NCBI GenBank assembly: GCA_030753015.1
Contig: JASMDC010000013.1
Span: forward strand, 1-64,000
Origin: Candidatus Undinarchaeales archaeon
GTDB lineage: Archaea; SpSt-1190; JASMDC01
Direction of reading: 5' to 3'
DNA: 64,000 nt
The notes under the pieces were generated by a model. That model made no database searches, was not told the origin of the DNA, and saw only the letters and a program-made list of their open reading frames with translations. The translations under genes were made by a program, and so were the position numbers. Positions within the stretch are counted from its first letter, which is position 1, and every line of letters begins with the position of its first letter. Shown here piece by piece: positions 1 through 11,300 of this stretch.

Positions 1-607
1 GATCGATCTTGGTCACAGTGGTGCAGCACTCCACTGCTTGGTCGTGGTAACCCTGAGCGTTGTAGACGAAGGCGAGGTTCACCCATGCCTGGATGTAGTA
101 CGGGTCTGCGGCGAGGATCTCTTGGATAAGGGCGGATGCCCGTTCGTAATCCTCCTTCCCCATGTAGGCGTAGGCAAGGTTGTTCTTGGCCACGTTGAGG
201 TCCGGTTTGACCTCAAGTGCCTTCTGACAGAGCTCGATCTCCCGGTCCCAGAGATCCTGTCGGCCGTATGCCGTCCCGAGATTGATGAGCGCGGTAAGAT
301 AGTCGGGTTTGGCCTCCAGCGCCTTCTGATAGTACTCGATCTCTTTGGAGATGATACCCTTCAGCTTGTAGCAGTGTCCGAGGTTGGCCAGTGCGTAGGC
401 GTTCGACATGTCAGCGTGCGCCACCTGCATGAGGAGCTCGATGGCCTTGTCCACGTCACCCGTCCTCATGAGCTCGATGCCCTCGGCGCATTGAGGATCC
501 GCAACCACGATCCCGACCGGGATCGCTCCCTCTGGTGTGGCTGACACCGCTGTCGGAGCCACTTCCGGAGCTGTTGTCGCGTCTACAGCACCCTGTCCCT
601 CGTCCAT
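1..607 (-). CDS. TPR-repeat protein (3' end outside window)
   Basis: Manual translation from ATG at 607: MDEGQGAVD...AYALANLGHCYKLKG...EYYQKALEAKPDYLTALINLGTAYG...KALEVKPDLNVAKNNLAYAY; tandem TPR consensus. Open to the window edge, so absent from the ORF track. Confidence 0.88.
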   Translation of the reverse strand, partial: MDEGQGAVDATTAPEVAPTAVSATPEGAIPVGIVVADPQCAEGIELMRTGDVDKAIELLMQVAHADMSNAYALANLGHCYKLKGIISKEIEYYQKALEAKPDYLTALINLGTAYGRQDLWDREIELCQKALEVKPDLNVAKNNLAYAYMGKEDYERASALIQEILAADPYYIQAWVNLAFVYNAQGYHDQAVECCTTVTKID

Positions 608-916
608 TGTGGTCTATCTCTCGACCAATCTTTTTATGGATTTGCGACATATACTGCGGCCGGAGCCCTGTCGAGACCGTTCGTTCGTCCACATATCGAC
701 AGCATTCATCGGCCCGTGCCCACAAAGGACGCGCTGATGTCAAGAACCGACCACACGGGCGCCATACCGGCCCCAGTTGTTCGATCCAGCGGCGTTCCAC
801 TGCCTTTCATATGAACTAGGGACGTGTCGTGAGCGTTCGTCAGCTGCGATATCCGTACTGGCCCAAAGCCAGGTTTATATATTAAGTCTTATTAAATATT
901 AATAGGGGGTATTAAG

Positions 917-1063
917 GTGTCGACCGACATAGAACCCAGCATCCACCTAGTGTTGCGGATCGCGTCGGTGCTTCAGGACGTGATGGAAGGTGAGGGGATA
1001 GTCACCGAAGAGGCGGCCATGGTCCTCAACACCTTCAGTTTCTGCAACGAACTGGTGTCATAG
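917..1063 (+). CDS. Putative small protein (48 aa)
   Basis: GTG..TAG ORF (STDIEPSIHLVLRIASVLQDVMEGEGIVTEEAAMVLNTFSFCNELVS) directly after an AT-rich TATA-like tract at 872-915. Confidence 0.4.
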   Translation: MSTDIEPSIHLVLRIASVLQDVMEGEGIVTEEAAMVLNTFSFCNELVS

Positions 1064-1132
1064 GGTACGACCCTACCGAAGAGTGGGGCACACAGGCACG
1101 GATTTTTATAGGTTGAGTGCCGCCGTTCTTTC

Positions 1133-1897
1133 GTGGTCAACCGCGACGACGTCCGTACCATTGTCCACCGTTTCGCCAGGGACACCTGGATTCGGAATCC
1201 GTTAGAGCTCAAATGGACCGATGGCGACGAGGGCCTGTCGGTGCGCGAGAGCAAGGGCGTCCTCGTGGTCCGATGCAACCCTTCTGCGCTTGAGGAAGAG
1301 GCGGATGAGAGCTGGGGCACTCTTGAAGAGTTCCTCCCCGGCCAGGACGAGAGTGACTTCGGTAAGAACCTCGTCGTCAACGCCCTGGCCCGGGGTGTGG
1401 CCGAACTCCTCTGCCCGCAGGCGAGCGAGGAGTATGGCGTGGTGCTCGCGTGCATGGCTGGCGCGTTCCCGTTTCGACCGCACGGCGACGATGCCCGTGA
1501 CCTCTGGACCGCGGTGACCACATCCACCGACAAGCTCGAGGCGCTGAAGGTGGCGCTCGTCCCGCCGTTCCGGCTCGATGTGCTCGATACGACACGGTTC
1601 TGGGTGCTCTCCGCAGAGCTCCCCCACAAGAAGGAGCCGGTGCTCGTCAGGTTCGGTCGACACCGGGACCGATCGGTACCTCTCGCTATAGCCTCTGTGC
1701 AGGAGGTGCTGTCCAAGCGATTCGGTGACATCTCTGATGAGGATGCTACCCTCCTTGGATTCGAGGGCCGTGAATCCCTGGATGCTTACCTGGAGGAGGG
1801 AAGGACTCTCTACCTACGTGCCGAACAGGTCCATCTCTGGCATATAGCAGTGGACCGTCCCATCATGCGGTGGCGTCCCGATCTCACGACGAGCTGA
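1133..1897 (+). CDS. Hypothetical protein with possible C-terminal ASCH/PUA-like domain
   Basis: C-terminus KRFGDISDEDATLLGFEGRESLDAYL resembles the ASCH '(L)xDIxxEDAxxxGF' motif; TTTTTATA box upstream. Confidence 0.55.
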   Translation: MVNRDDVRTIVHRFARDTWIRNPLELKWTDGDEGLSVRESKGVLVVRCNPSALEEEADESWGTLEEFLPGQDESDFGKNLVVNALARGVAELLCPQASEEYGVVLACMAGAFPFRPHGDDARDLWTAVTTSTDKLEALKVALVPPFRLDVLDTTRFWVLSAELPHKKEPVLVRFGRHRDRSVPLAIASVQEVLSKRFGDISDEDATLLGFEGRESLDAYLEEGRTLYLRAEQVHLWHIAVDRPIMRWRPDLTTS

Positions 1898-1905
1898 GGC
1901 GTGCT

Positions 1906-2625
1906 TCACGTCCGTCGGAGCACGAGGTCCCAGTAGTAATAGCCGGGCACAGGAACCTTCAGTCGTCGGAGCAATCGGAGTAGCGTGCTCCGCTCATACA
2001 CGTCATTTTCCGCACCCAGACGGTGAAGGAAGAAGTCACTGACCGGGAACCAGCACAAACGCTTCTCGTTCTCAAGGACCTGAAAACCCGCGTTCTCAAG
2101 TAGCGGGACCAGCTCCGAGTCGTCCCGATATTCCCGGATATGCGTGGGATCTACGACCCACTCCCCGCGCTCGTTCCGATAGAAATACCATCCATACCAG
2201 CGTTTGAACACAGTGGTGAGGTACAGGTGGCCACTGGGCCTGAGCACGCGAGCGAGCTCACGGACCATCGCCCCGGGATCTTCGACGTGCTCAATGACCT
2301 GGCAGGCGAGCACTAGGTCCATGGACCCGTCTGGTACACTACCGCTTACGTCGCATACATCTGCGACAGCGCAGTTGAAGGAGCGGTCCATCCGCTGGAC
2401 ACGCCCGATACGATCGGCATTGGCGTCAATCGCGTGGACCTCTTTGCCCTTGAGATGATCCCGGGCCCTGAGTGTATAGAGTGTAGCACCATCGCCGCAC
2501 CCGAGGTCCAGAAGAGCGGTCACGTCCTCCCGCTCGACCAGCTGCTCCAACAGTGGTATCGCACGGACCTCGTAGTACTGGACCACAAGCCCCGCATAGT
2601 CCTCATCCTCGACGCGCATGGTCAT
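1906..2625 (-). CDS. Class I SAM-dependent methyltransferase
   Basis: LLDLGCGDG motif I; QVIEHVEDP...ELARVLRPSG. Confidence 0.9.
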   Translation of the reverse strand: MTMRVEDEDYAGLVVQYYEVRAIPLLEQLVEREDVTALLDLGCGDGATLYTLRARDHLKGKEVHAIDANADRIGRVQRMDRSFNCAVADVCDVSGSVPDGSMDLVLACQVIEHVEDPGAMVRELARVLRPSGHLYLTTVFKRWYGWYFYRNERGEWVVDPTHIREYRDDSELVPLLENAGFQVLENEKRLCWFPVSDFFLHRLGAENDVYERSTLLRLLRRLKVPVPGYYYWDLVLRRT

Positions 2626-2667
2626 CCTCGAGCTACCGGGGACGGTAGCGAAACGGTCAGGACCTCC

Positions 2668-3114
2668 TCAGTCCTTCCCCTTCTTCTTACTGCTGCCCGA
2701 GACTTTCTCCTTGGCGGGGGTCTCAATAGTGAGCGCAGCATTCTTCTCCTTGAGCTGCTCGTACACATCGAGAAGGATCTCGTACATGCGGATGAGCATC
2801 AGGGAGTTGATGAGGAAGGCTATGACCTGAAGGAACAGGATTATCCCGATGATGGTTATGAGCGCCACGCTGAAGCTCTGGGACTGGACCATGGTCACGA
2901 GCTGATTATAGTTTGCGATGTAGTTGAAGTAGTCGTACTGAGCCCTCGTGGCCGCTTCAGGTCGCGGGGTCTCGTCGATGATCTTCGAGACCTCTTTCTG
3001 GTAGTCGTAGATCGTGATGGCCGTAAGGATCCCGGCGATGGTGAGGATGAGCATCCCCAGCATGATGAGGCGCTCCAGGGCCCGGGGCTTGATGTTCATC
3101 TCGCGGACTGCCAC
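2668..3114 (-). CDS. Small membrane protein (2 TM, basic tail)
   Basis: Two hydrophobic segments (LIMLGMLILTIAGILTAITIY; FSVALITIIGIILFLQVIAFLINSL); TTTAAA box just upstream. Confidence 0.75.
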   Translation of the reverse strand: MAVREMNIKPRALERLIMLGMLILTIAGILTAITIYDYQKEVSKIIDETPRPEAATRAQYDYFNYIANYNQLVTMVQSQSFSVALITIIGIILFLQVIAFLINSLMLIRMYEILLDVYEQLKEKNAALTIETPAKEKVSGSSKKKGKD

Positions 3115-3159
3115 GAGAGGTCATTGGTGGTTGTGCTTTAAATGTGTATGCGGACCGCC

Positions 3160-6045
3160 TCAGCCGCACGCACCGTCCCACACCCATCCGCTGGGATTGC
3201 GTGAGAACAGGATGGCCCTTTCTGCTGTGATGGAACGGATCGCCTCGCCCTGGACAAGAAAGGTTAACTGTAGCCGCTTCCATCCCTCGACACCTTCGGG
3301 CGCATCGCACATCCGTGCGTTCGTGAAGTGGAGCCGATAGCCGAGCTGTGTGGACGCCACGTACAGCGGCGAGCCGAGATCGATGAGAGCCTCTCCATCC
3401 TCGTCGAGCACCTTTCCCGTGATAGTGCTCTCGGCCATCACATCGTCCCCTCGCACCGTGACCATCACGTCGAGGTCGAAGCCTTGGCGTTGAAGGATCT
3501 GGTAGACGGGCTCAGCCTTCGTTCCGGGATCGCTCCCTTCTATGTCGATGACGGTGCGCATGGCCCCGACCACCGTGAGGAACGCCGTGGAAGTCCCGCG
3601 TCGGCCGAGGCGATTTACTTCTAGCGAGAGCGTCTGCCGGCCTTCAGTGAGCTCACCACGTATCACCACTGTGATGATCCATTGCCGGAGGCTCTCCACA
3701 TAATGGAGCGAGAACAGCTGAGCCTCGCCCTCGTCGACGGTGACCGTCACATCGTCGCGCACCAGATCGATCACAGGCATCTCCCCCTCGTCCAGGACCG
3801 AGAGGTAGAGACGTACGAAGACCCCGTCCCGCAGCTCGTTGCGTGTGATGGTCTCAGGTTCGACGCTCGTCAGCTTGGCACGGAAGGTGGACTCGTGGGT
3901 AGGGTACCAGACCATGAGACTGGATGTCTGGGCCGACACCTCGCCCTCATGCTTGACGATGAGGTGGAGCGGGTGGCGGCCAGGCACGAGATCGGTAGAG
4001 AACGAGCGGGGAATGGTCGCCTCTACCCGCCACTGGAGGTCCTGGCGATGCACTTCGAGCGAACGGCCGGGAACCTCGAGGTCCCCGATGTAGAGGGTGA
4101 GGTCCTCATCGCTCACGCCCGTGAGCACGCTCTTTCCCTGGTATCGTGTCATGAACTCGAGCGCTACTGTGGCCTCGCCCAGGGCGATGGCATCGGCCCT
4201 GATATGGTCAGGGATCGTCGATACGATGCGGGAGACGAGCTGTGGGACGTAGCAGCCCGTCGGAGTGCATAGCTCTCCCGGGCCACAGTCATGGAGGAAG
4301 GAGTTCGCCATATCGCCGCACATGCAGTGGGCAGGGCAAATCTCCCAGCTTGTCACGAAGGGGATACGCTGGAGCCCCACTTGCGCTGTCTTGACACCGT
4401 CACGCTCGATCAGCATGAAAGGGAGACCTCCCAGAGGGGCACAACCGAAGTCCTGGCAACGTTCATTGAATCCGCAGGCGTCCACGACACCGCCCTCGTC
4501 AGAGAAGCACAGGCATACGGGGTGCTGGTCGGAGCGAGGATGGCACGTGACACCCGGACCGATGCACGGCACCTCGAGCCCCTTAGACTGCAGAAGACCA
4601 TCAACACATACGCGGTCCAGGTCGGTCCCCCGCTCGCTCCTGGGCCGCCAGGGTTCGACGGTGATTGTCGTGAGATGGACCCCGTGCTCCTCGCCGCGGA
4701 AGACCCGCACCCTGAGCTGATATAGCCCGGGAAGGATGCTCTCGGGGAGGTCGAAACGGAGGTTCCCGCAGGGGAACGTGCGACGGATGATCGTGTTCAC
4801 GCCCAGGCCCGTGTAGTTGAGAAGCTCCACCTCGCAGCGCTCCCCCCGTGTGTTGATGAACAATCGTACGGATTCACCAGCAATATAGGAGGATTTCTCC
4901 ACGGTCACCGGGACAGGGATGTCGTTACCGGAGGATAGGAGGAACATGGAGCTCGTGCCATGGGCCGGGAAACCGTGGCGGTTGTACACCGTCGTGCGTA
5001 CAAGGTAATCTCCCACCGGCCATGATGTACCGGTGACCACCGGGACCTGAAGGCAGGATGGTGCGCGAACGGAGTGGACCTTTTCCCCCTCGTGATGGAA
5101 CTCGATCTCGCAGTGGTCGACGGCCGTGAAGAAGCCGGTGGACACCAGGATGCCCTCGCCACGGAAGAAGGTGTCCTCGGTACGCCCCCCACCCTTGCTG
5201 AGGAACACTTCGACGGGGAAGAAGGCCGGTCGTATCACCACGGTCCGGGTAGCATTGAGCAACATATCGCTCCCCGGTCGCCGCACTATGGCCTGGAGCA
5301 CCATCTCCTGGGGCGGGCACATGCGATGGTCGAATCCCGCACACCCCAGCTCCGCGTACGAGACGGGCAGTGTGATGGTCGTACAGTTGAAGCATATCCT
5401 GACCTCGGACCGTGCGGCACCGGAGTGATCGAAGAGCGCCCATACGGCCAGCTCGGCCTCACCGATGTCCGCAGTGATGATGTCGCCCACCGCGTACTCG
5501 TCGGCAGGGGTTGACAGGGGCATGCGCTCCCAGCATCTGTCCGAGCCATCGGAACAAGCGAGCGGGAACTCGATCCTCACGTCACGCTTTACCACCATTT
5601 CTGTCACGGTCATACCGAAGGTGGGGAGGTCGAAGCGTACGAACCGGCTTCCCACGTCCTCGTTCTCGTCCGCTACCAGGAAGCTCAGGGGCACGTGATA
5701 AACTGCGAGCCTCGGTCGGAGCGTGGCCGGAGAGAATCCGCCCGCGATCTGCACCGCGTCCTTGATGGTGACCAGCTCGAACTCGACACGGTCCACGTAC
5801 CGTTCGTAATCGCAAGTGCGCGTGTACACGGGCGAGAGCTGGTCACACAGCGCACTGAGCACACCGGGACGGGACAACTCCTCCATCAGGTCGGGAGCTA
5901 TACCCCGCAGTACGATACGGACCTTGTTGTAGGGGGTGTGTGTAACGTCCACGTACTCCTCGACCGAGAGGATGCGCGGTCCCTCGGCGACAGCTAAGGT
6001 CAGCAGGAGTGCTAGCACGACCATCGTTCGCCTCACGATCCGCAC
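3160..6045 (-). CDS. Secreted Ig/macroglobulin-like multi-domain protein with Cys-rich middle (module 1, gene 3)
   Basis: Signal peptide; MG-type strands (ADEYAVGDII, EKSSYIAGESV); full-length paralog of 18823-21846 (RGTDLDRVCVDG vs RGTDLDRLCLDG); start overlaps the upstream stop. Confidence 0.8.
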   Translation of the reverse strand: MRIVRRTMVVLALLLTLAVAEGPRILSVEEYVDVTHTPYNKVRIVLRGIAPDLMEELSRPGVLSALCDQLSPVYTRTCDYERYVDRVEFELVTIKDAVQIAGGFSPATLRPRLAVYHVPLSFLVADENEDVGSRFVRFDLPTFGMTVTEMVVKRDVRIEFPLACSDGSDRCWERMPLSTPADEYAVGDIITADIGEAELAVWALFDHSGAARSEVRICFNCTTITLPVSYAELGCAGFDHRMCPPQEMVLQAIVRRPGSDMLLNATRTVVIRPAFFPVEVFLSKGGGRTEDTFFRGEGILVSTGFFTAVDHCEIEFHHEGEKVHSVRAPSCLQVPVVTGTSWPVGDYLVRTTVYNRHGFPAHGTSSMFLLSSGNDIPVPVTVEKSSYIAGESVRLFINTRGERCEVELLNYTGLGVNTIIRRTFPCGNLRFDLPESILPGLYQLRVRVFRGEEHGVHLTTITVEPWRPRSERGTDLDRVCVDGLLQSKGLEVPCIGPGVTCHPRSDQHPVCLCFSDEGGVVDACGFNERCQDFGCAPLGGLPFMLIERDGVKTAQVGLQRIPFVTSWEICPAHCMCGDMANSFLHDCGPGELCTPTGCYVPQLVSRIVSTIPDHIRADAIALGEATVALEFMTRYQGKSVLTGVSDEDLTLYIGDLEVPGRSLEVHRQDLQWRVEATIPRSFSTDLVPGRHPLHLIVKHEGEVSAQTSSLMVWYPTHESTFRAKLTSVEPETITRNELRDGVFVRLYLSVLDEGEMPVIDLVRDDVTVTVDEGEAQLFSLHYVESLRQWIITVVIRGELTEGRQTLSLEVNRLGRRGTSTAFLTVVGAMRTVIDIEGSDPGTKAEPVYQILQRQGFDLDVMVTVRGDDVMAESTITGKVLDEDGEALIDLGSPLYVASTQLGYRLHFTNARMCDAPEGVEGWKRLQLTFLVQGEAIRSITAERAILFSRNPSGWVWDGACG

Positions 6046-8108
6046 CTCCGCTGCTCGTAGATGGGCGTGAACGTACCGGTCACGTTAGCGGTGAACACCG
6101 GCTGCATGATGATGTCCTGCGCGAGGTCGTCCGTGACAGCGAGCACCTCGGCCCAGGTCTGCACCTTGTGCCCGATGTTCCCGGCTGCGTCCACGTTGGG
6201 CGCTGCGAGGAAGAGGTATCGGCCAGGGAGCACGCGGTTGAAGGTATATCGCCCATCCTCACCACTCGAGACCTCAAGACGGTCGCGTCCCGGATCAAGG
6301 GGCACGAGCGTGAGGCTCACATAGGAGGGTGGCGCCCCGGGGATATACTCCAGTGGCTCGAACACATCAGTGTCGTTATGGGTGCACGGCCCCCCATGTG
6401 CGATGACACGGAACTTGTGGTCGAGGCACGCCAGACGCCGTGTATCGACACAATAAACGGTCGTATTGGCCAGCACCCTACCGGTTACTTGCCGATAACG
6501 GGGAACTTCGACGGGGACCACATCGGGCGAGGGCACCTGGACTCGTACCCTAGCTGTCCCGAACCGTTCGGTGTCGTTGGGCGTGATTATGACCTCCCGC
6601 ACTCCACACGGGACCCCAAGACCGGTGTCGATGTGGTCCATCTCCGTCGCGTCGAAGACGAACGAGAGCTCCTGGAGGCACGGAGCGATCGCCACAGTGG
6701 CAGCGTCCACACCCACAGGTCGGATACGGACGGAACAGTGACCTTCACAGGACACGTCATACTCACGCGGTTCGTGTAGGGCGGCGGGGGATATGTCAGT
6801 CCCGAAAGGTGACTCCTTGACGAGCTCTACCTGCAACATGAACCTGAACTGGAGCGGACGCATCACGGTGGACGATCCCCGGACCGATCCTGTGGGCAGG
6901 AGATCGGTGATCCGTACCTCGACGGGGAACTGGAGTTGATAGGTGGCCTTGTACCACTTGCAGCACGCACACTGCGGATCGGGACAGCTGACCTCGTCCG
7001 GAGGCCTCCCCTGGACAAGCAGGTCGTTGGTAGCACCGTTGAGGGTGAGCCCCAATGACGGGAACCCTGTCTCGACGTCGCCGATGAGAGGAACGAACTC
7101 CCACTCAACACCGCGCATGAATCGTGCGAGCTCCTCTTCCGACCTGCTGCTCCCCGAGAACCTCTGGATGACTCGCTGGAAGCCCTCGCTAGCAGCCTTG
7201 GTGGAGAACATCGTCGCACCAACGAGAACGTCCTTCCCCACCTCACGCCGGATCTCGGTGAAAGGATAGGTCACGTCACGACAGAGCGTGCAGTAGCCCC
7301 GGGTGCGCTCAGCCTCGGTCCTGCCGAGGTTGGGCTCCAGCAGGAACGGCTGGACGGGGACATGGGCCTCTGCCGATGCTTCGGGGAGGAGCTGATCGTG
7401 CGCCATTAGGTAGGATACCAGCATCTCGAGCTCACGGTGCCACGGATTCTCCTCCAGGCCCAACCGATCGGCGGGCTTTGTGTAGAGCTCTGAGAAAGCC
7501 CTGGCCAAGCGCGCCAAGCGCATGAGACGGAGCGGCAGTTCAACGGTGACAGGTTCTCGCAGGACCGCCCGCACACCATCCATCTCGGCGATGACGGGGA
7601 TGTTGGCCGTGTAGGAAACATAATTGTCCCCGAGCACGAGGTCATCCTCCCCGACGAGGAGCTCACCGTCTATCTCGATCCGAGTTATGCCGTAGCGTTC
7701 CAACCGCCCCATGTCGAAGAGGTTGCTTTCCAGGCGTCGGCGCAGCTCCTGGCGTAGCATGCGTGCCAGGGTCCTCTCTGTGGGGAAATTGATAACGTTC
7801 CCACGGTCGACGAGCAGCGGTACGCCCATGTGGTTGGGCGAGGGTACGTTCTCTGCCGTGAACCCGCCCGTCTCCGCCACCTCGGTGACGGCCTGGAACA
7901 CGCTCTCCTCGACAACGAACCCGACGATCGTGCGCAGCTGTTCGCTCTTATCCTGGATGAGCTTTGCGTTGCGCTCCCGGTAGCGCACGACATCCTCGGT
8001 CTGTTCCTGCTGGAACATCATGTACGCCACTACGAACAGGACCACGGCCACGGCCACTAGTGCGATGATGGTGACCTGACCGCGGTTGTGGCGGGGAGCT
8101 TGGCCCAT
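6033..8108 (-). CDS. Large type IV pilin-like protein with class III signal peptide (module 1, gene 2)
   Basis: Start re-assigned to ATG 8108: MGQAPRHNRG|QVTIIALVAVAVVLFVVAYMMF; TATA box ~8130-8142; paralog of 21840-23933 (TGGFTAEN, FPVEVxITDLLPTG, AGNIGxKV). Confidence 0.8.
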   Translation of the reverse strand: MGQAPRHNRGQVTIIALVAVAVVLFVVAYMMFQQEQTEDVVRYRERNAKLIQDKSEQLRTIVGFVVEESVFQAVTEVAETGGFTAENVPSPNHMGVPLLVDRGNVINFPTERTLARMLRQELRRRLESNLFDMGRLERYGITRIEIDGELLVGEDDLVLGDNYVSYTANIPVIAEMDGVRAVLREPVTVELPLRLMRLARLARAFSELYTKPADRLGLEENPWHRELEMLVSYLMAHDQLLPEASAEAHVPVQPFLLEPNLGRTEAERTRGYCTLCRDVTYPFTEIRREVGKDVLVGATMFSTKAASEGFQRVIQRFSGSSRSEEELARFMRGVEWEFVPLIGDVETGFPSLGLTLNGATNDLLVQGRPPDEVSCPDPQCACCKWYKATYQLQFPVEVRITDLLPTGSVRGSSTVMRPLQFRFMLQVELVKESPFGTDISPAALHEPREYDVSCEGHCSVRIRPVGVDAATVAIAPCLQELSFVFDATEMDHIDTGLGVPCGVREVIITPNDTERFGTARVRVQVPSPDVVPVEVPRYRQVTGRVLANTTVYCVDTRRLACLDHKFRVIAHGGPCTHNDTDVFEPLEYIPGAPPSYVSLTLVPLDPGRDRLEVSSGEDGRYTFNRVLPGRYLFLAAPNVDAAGNIGHKVQTWAEVLAVTDDLAQDIIMQPVFTANVTGTFTPIYEQRRCGS

Positions 8109-8356
8109 GGAAATAAGTATGAGTCCGGAAAAACGTATAAAGGCGTGGTTCACCCTGTGCGCTACCACGTCCTTTCGTTGACATGCGATGTGATTACCAT
8201 GATCGGTCCTGGCACCGTGCTCGTCGGCGGGATTGCCGGGATCCGCCTCCCCGAGCATGTGTGAGAGACGATGATGCAGGGTATAGGGCTCGTCCTGCTG
8301 AAGGTCGCCGCCGGACCAGCTTGGCGTTTTGTGGGTAGGTTGACCGCTTTCCCTGC

Positions 8357-11300
8357 CTAGGACGGTCGATGATAGCGGATGTCCGTGCAACACCGCGTAG
8401 TGGCGTCGGAGAGCTCACAGGCACCGTCCTTCTCAACGATGCTGGGCATGAATCCCTCGGGGCACTTACAGTAGAGGTCGATGAAGCACCCGCCCTTGCC
8501 ATTGAGGCGCGACTGGCACGCACCACCGGTACACAGCTCCAGGGAGTACACCTGCGTGGCGGGTCCCGAGCAGCCCTCGGGGACCGGTCCCTCGGTGATG
8601 CTACCGTCATCGTCGGGGTGGTCATCTTTGTCCCGAGGATCGGTGCCTGCCTCTTCCTCGTCACCGTCGGAGTAGGTGTCCCCATCGGTGTCCGCCTTTT
8701 TCGGATCGGTACCGTTCTGGAACTCCTCTAGGTTGGTGAAGTCGTCCCCGTCGGGATCATCCGCTGAGTCGTCCACGTTCGGATTTAGGCCGTGGTGCTC
8801 CTCCCAGTCGTTGGGCATGCCATCACCGTCCGTATCCGGGTTCGGATCGGGCGGGAGCGGCGGCGTGCTGAGCGGGTCCAGAGGATCGCTGTTGGCCTGG
8901 ACCTCTTCGCCATCAGAGAAGCCGTCACCGTCGGTGTCCGGTTTCTGTGGATTGGTACCCTTCCTGAACTCGTCGATGTTGGAAAGGCCGTCACCGTCGG
9001 CGTCCTCACCAGCGTCGTTCCGAGTTATATCGAGGCTGTTGAGCTGCTCCCAGTCATCGTCCATCCCGTCATTGTCGTTGTCCGTGTTGGGATCCGGGTC
9101 ACCACCTGCGGGGTGGGAGGTCGGATCGAGCGGATCCGTCCGGGCCTGCACCTCGTCACCATCGCTGTAGTAATCCCCGTCAGTGTCCTTCTTCATCGGG
9201 CTGGTCCCGAGCTCGAACTCCTTGAGATTGGTGAGGCCATCACCGTCGGGGTCCTCGTTAGCATCGTTCCTTGTGGGATCGAGCCCGTTCTCCCGCTCCC
9301 ACGGGTCGTGCATGCCGTCGCCGTCCACGTCATTCGGATAGCTGTTCGGATCGTTGGGATCGGTCCCGGCTGTGATCTCGGCACCGTCGCTGAACCCGTC
9401 ATCGTCGCTATCGTCGTCGTTGGGATCGGTGCCGTACTCGTACTCGTCCTCGTTGAGCAGTCCGTCGCCATCGGGATCGAGCGTCGAGTCGTCCGTCTCC
9501 GGATCGAGGCCATTGTCCTCCTCCCAGTCATCGGGCATACCGTCGTCGTCGCCGTCCTCGCCACCGTCGCCGGGCCGTCCGCGCCGGCCCACGAGCCGGG
9601 CATCGGGGAAGTCCTGGATCGGCAGCACGCCACGGAACCACGGGAATCCGTTGGCGTCCTCCACGCCCACGTGGATGTAATAGGTACCCACGGTCGGGAT
9701 CGTGAAGCTCGAGTCGCTCTCGAAGGTCGTGCTCGACTCGGCGTTGGCATCCACTACAAGGGATGTCTGGGCCTCGCCCATGAGCTTGTTCTCATGGAAG
9801 ATGGAGATGTTGATAAGACCCTCGAAGTTGAGGGGCATCCTGTTCTTCGGCACCACAAGTGCCATCACGTTCTCGCCCACTGCAGCGGAGCCGCTGCGCG
9901 CGGAGTCATGGGATAGCTGGAAGAAGGCATCAGTGAAGTCCATCTGAGGCTGGACCACTGAAAGGCGTGCCTTTGGATAGGTCTGATCGCCAAGCCAGTC
10001 CTGGACAAGCACCTGTCCGGCCTCGGTCCACATGGTGATCGAGACACGGAACTCCTTGTTCAGGTCCTCGGGCGTGAACATTATATAATCGGTGGCCGCC
10101 TCGCCCACGGCACCCACGGCGATTGGATTGGAGCCGAAGTCCATGGTGTAGCGGTCGACCTCAAGGCCCTGACCATCAACGATACGAACCATCACCACTC
10201 CGGCGAACTCCGAGTTGAAGGTGTTCTTTACCTTGACGACAGCGCGCACCTCGGCACCGGGGAACGAGACCTGCTTGCCGCCCACGGTAGCAACCTCGCC
10301 ATCGAACAAGGCGTCCTCGAACCCGGGATCGCCCCTCTCGATGAGGAGCTGCATACCGGACACGAAGGGCGGGCTGAGGTAGGCCTGCTTGCCCATGACC
10401 GCAGCAGCACGGATGCGCAGACTGCCCCTGTTATCTGAACCCAGCATGAGAGTCGTGATGGTCATCTCGGGCGTGTAGTAGAGCTTGGCCTTACCTGGGC
10501 CCAGTGCGTTCTCCCCATCCTGGTTCTGGTAGATATGGGCCTTACAGAACTCCCGCACCCGTTCCTTCACATCGCTCTCAGATGGCGGGTCCTTGCACTG
10601 GAGCTTGCGCTTGCAGGCACCCTCGTGCGTCTCCTTGTAGACCTTGATCTTGATGGTCGAGCCCGTCCTGAGCAGTGCGTCGCACTGGCTCGTCGATGCC
10701 TCGGGCATCTCTGCGGAGAGCACGAAGATCTCGGCCAGCTTGGTGGACGTGCACCGGTCGATCGGGACGTTGGCGGCCCCCTTGTACTTACCACCGGGCG
10801 AGGTGAGCTCGTACTCGATTGATGCCTGGCATGAGCTCGACACGTCCTTCACGGTGATGTTGAGGATGCGCCCGTTGCCGATATTGATCTGGGAGTACTT
10901 GCCCAGCCTGGACTTCGTCAGCGAGAGCTCGCCACCGGAATCGCACGTGGGCTCCTCGGAACAGATCTCTGCGCCCTTGCTCACCGATGAACCGTACTCG
11001 TCGACGAGGTCGAGGTTCACCGAACCGGAGAACGGGGACGTGCCATCGTTCTTGATCTTGACATATCCGCGGATTGGCTCACCCAGGAACGCCCGACGCT
11101 TGCCTTCCTCGCCAGCGACCTCGAACCCGGCGCCCTGGACTATGAGGGATACACCGGATCCGATACCGCACTCAGCGGGATCGATCTCGTAATAGCTTGG
11201 TGTGCACTTGCACAGGAAACCCTCGCCCGAGGATGTGGGCTTGTTGATGAGGTTCTCGCAGTTGTAGCGCTCCACACAGCATTGATAGAGTCTCTTGTAG

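Noticed and set aside
8109-8393. N-terminal extension of the pilin-like ORF, or an ncRNA in this spacer
   Set aside because: The paralog and the TATA box place the start at 8108; I found no convincing structure or ORF in the spacer.
8610-9560. Recurring CCGTCACCGTC-like DNA motifs as a non-coding array
   Set aside because: Explained by DGDG codons of the TSP3-like repeats.
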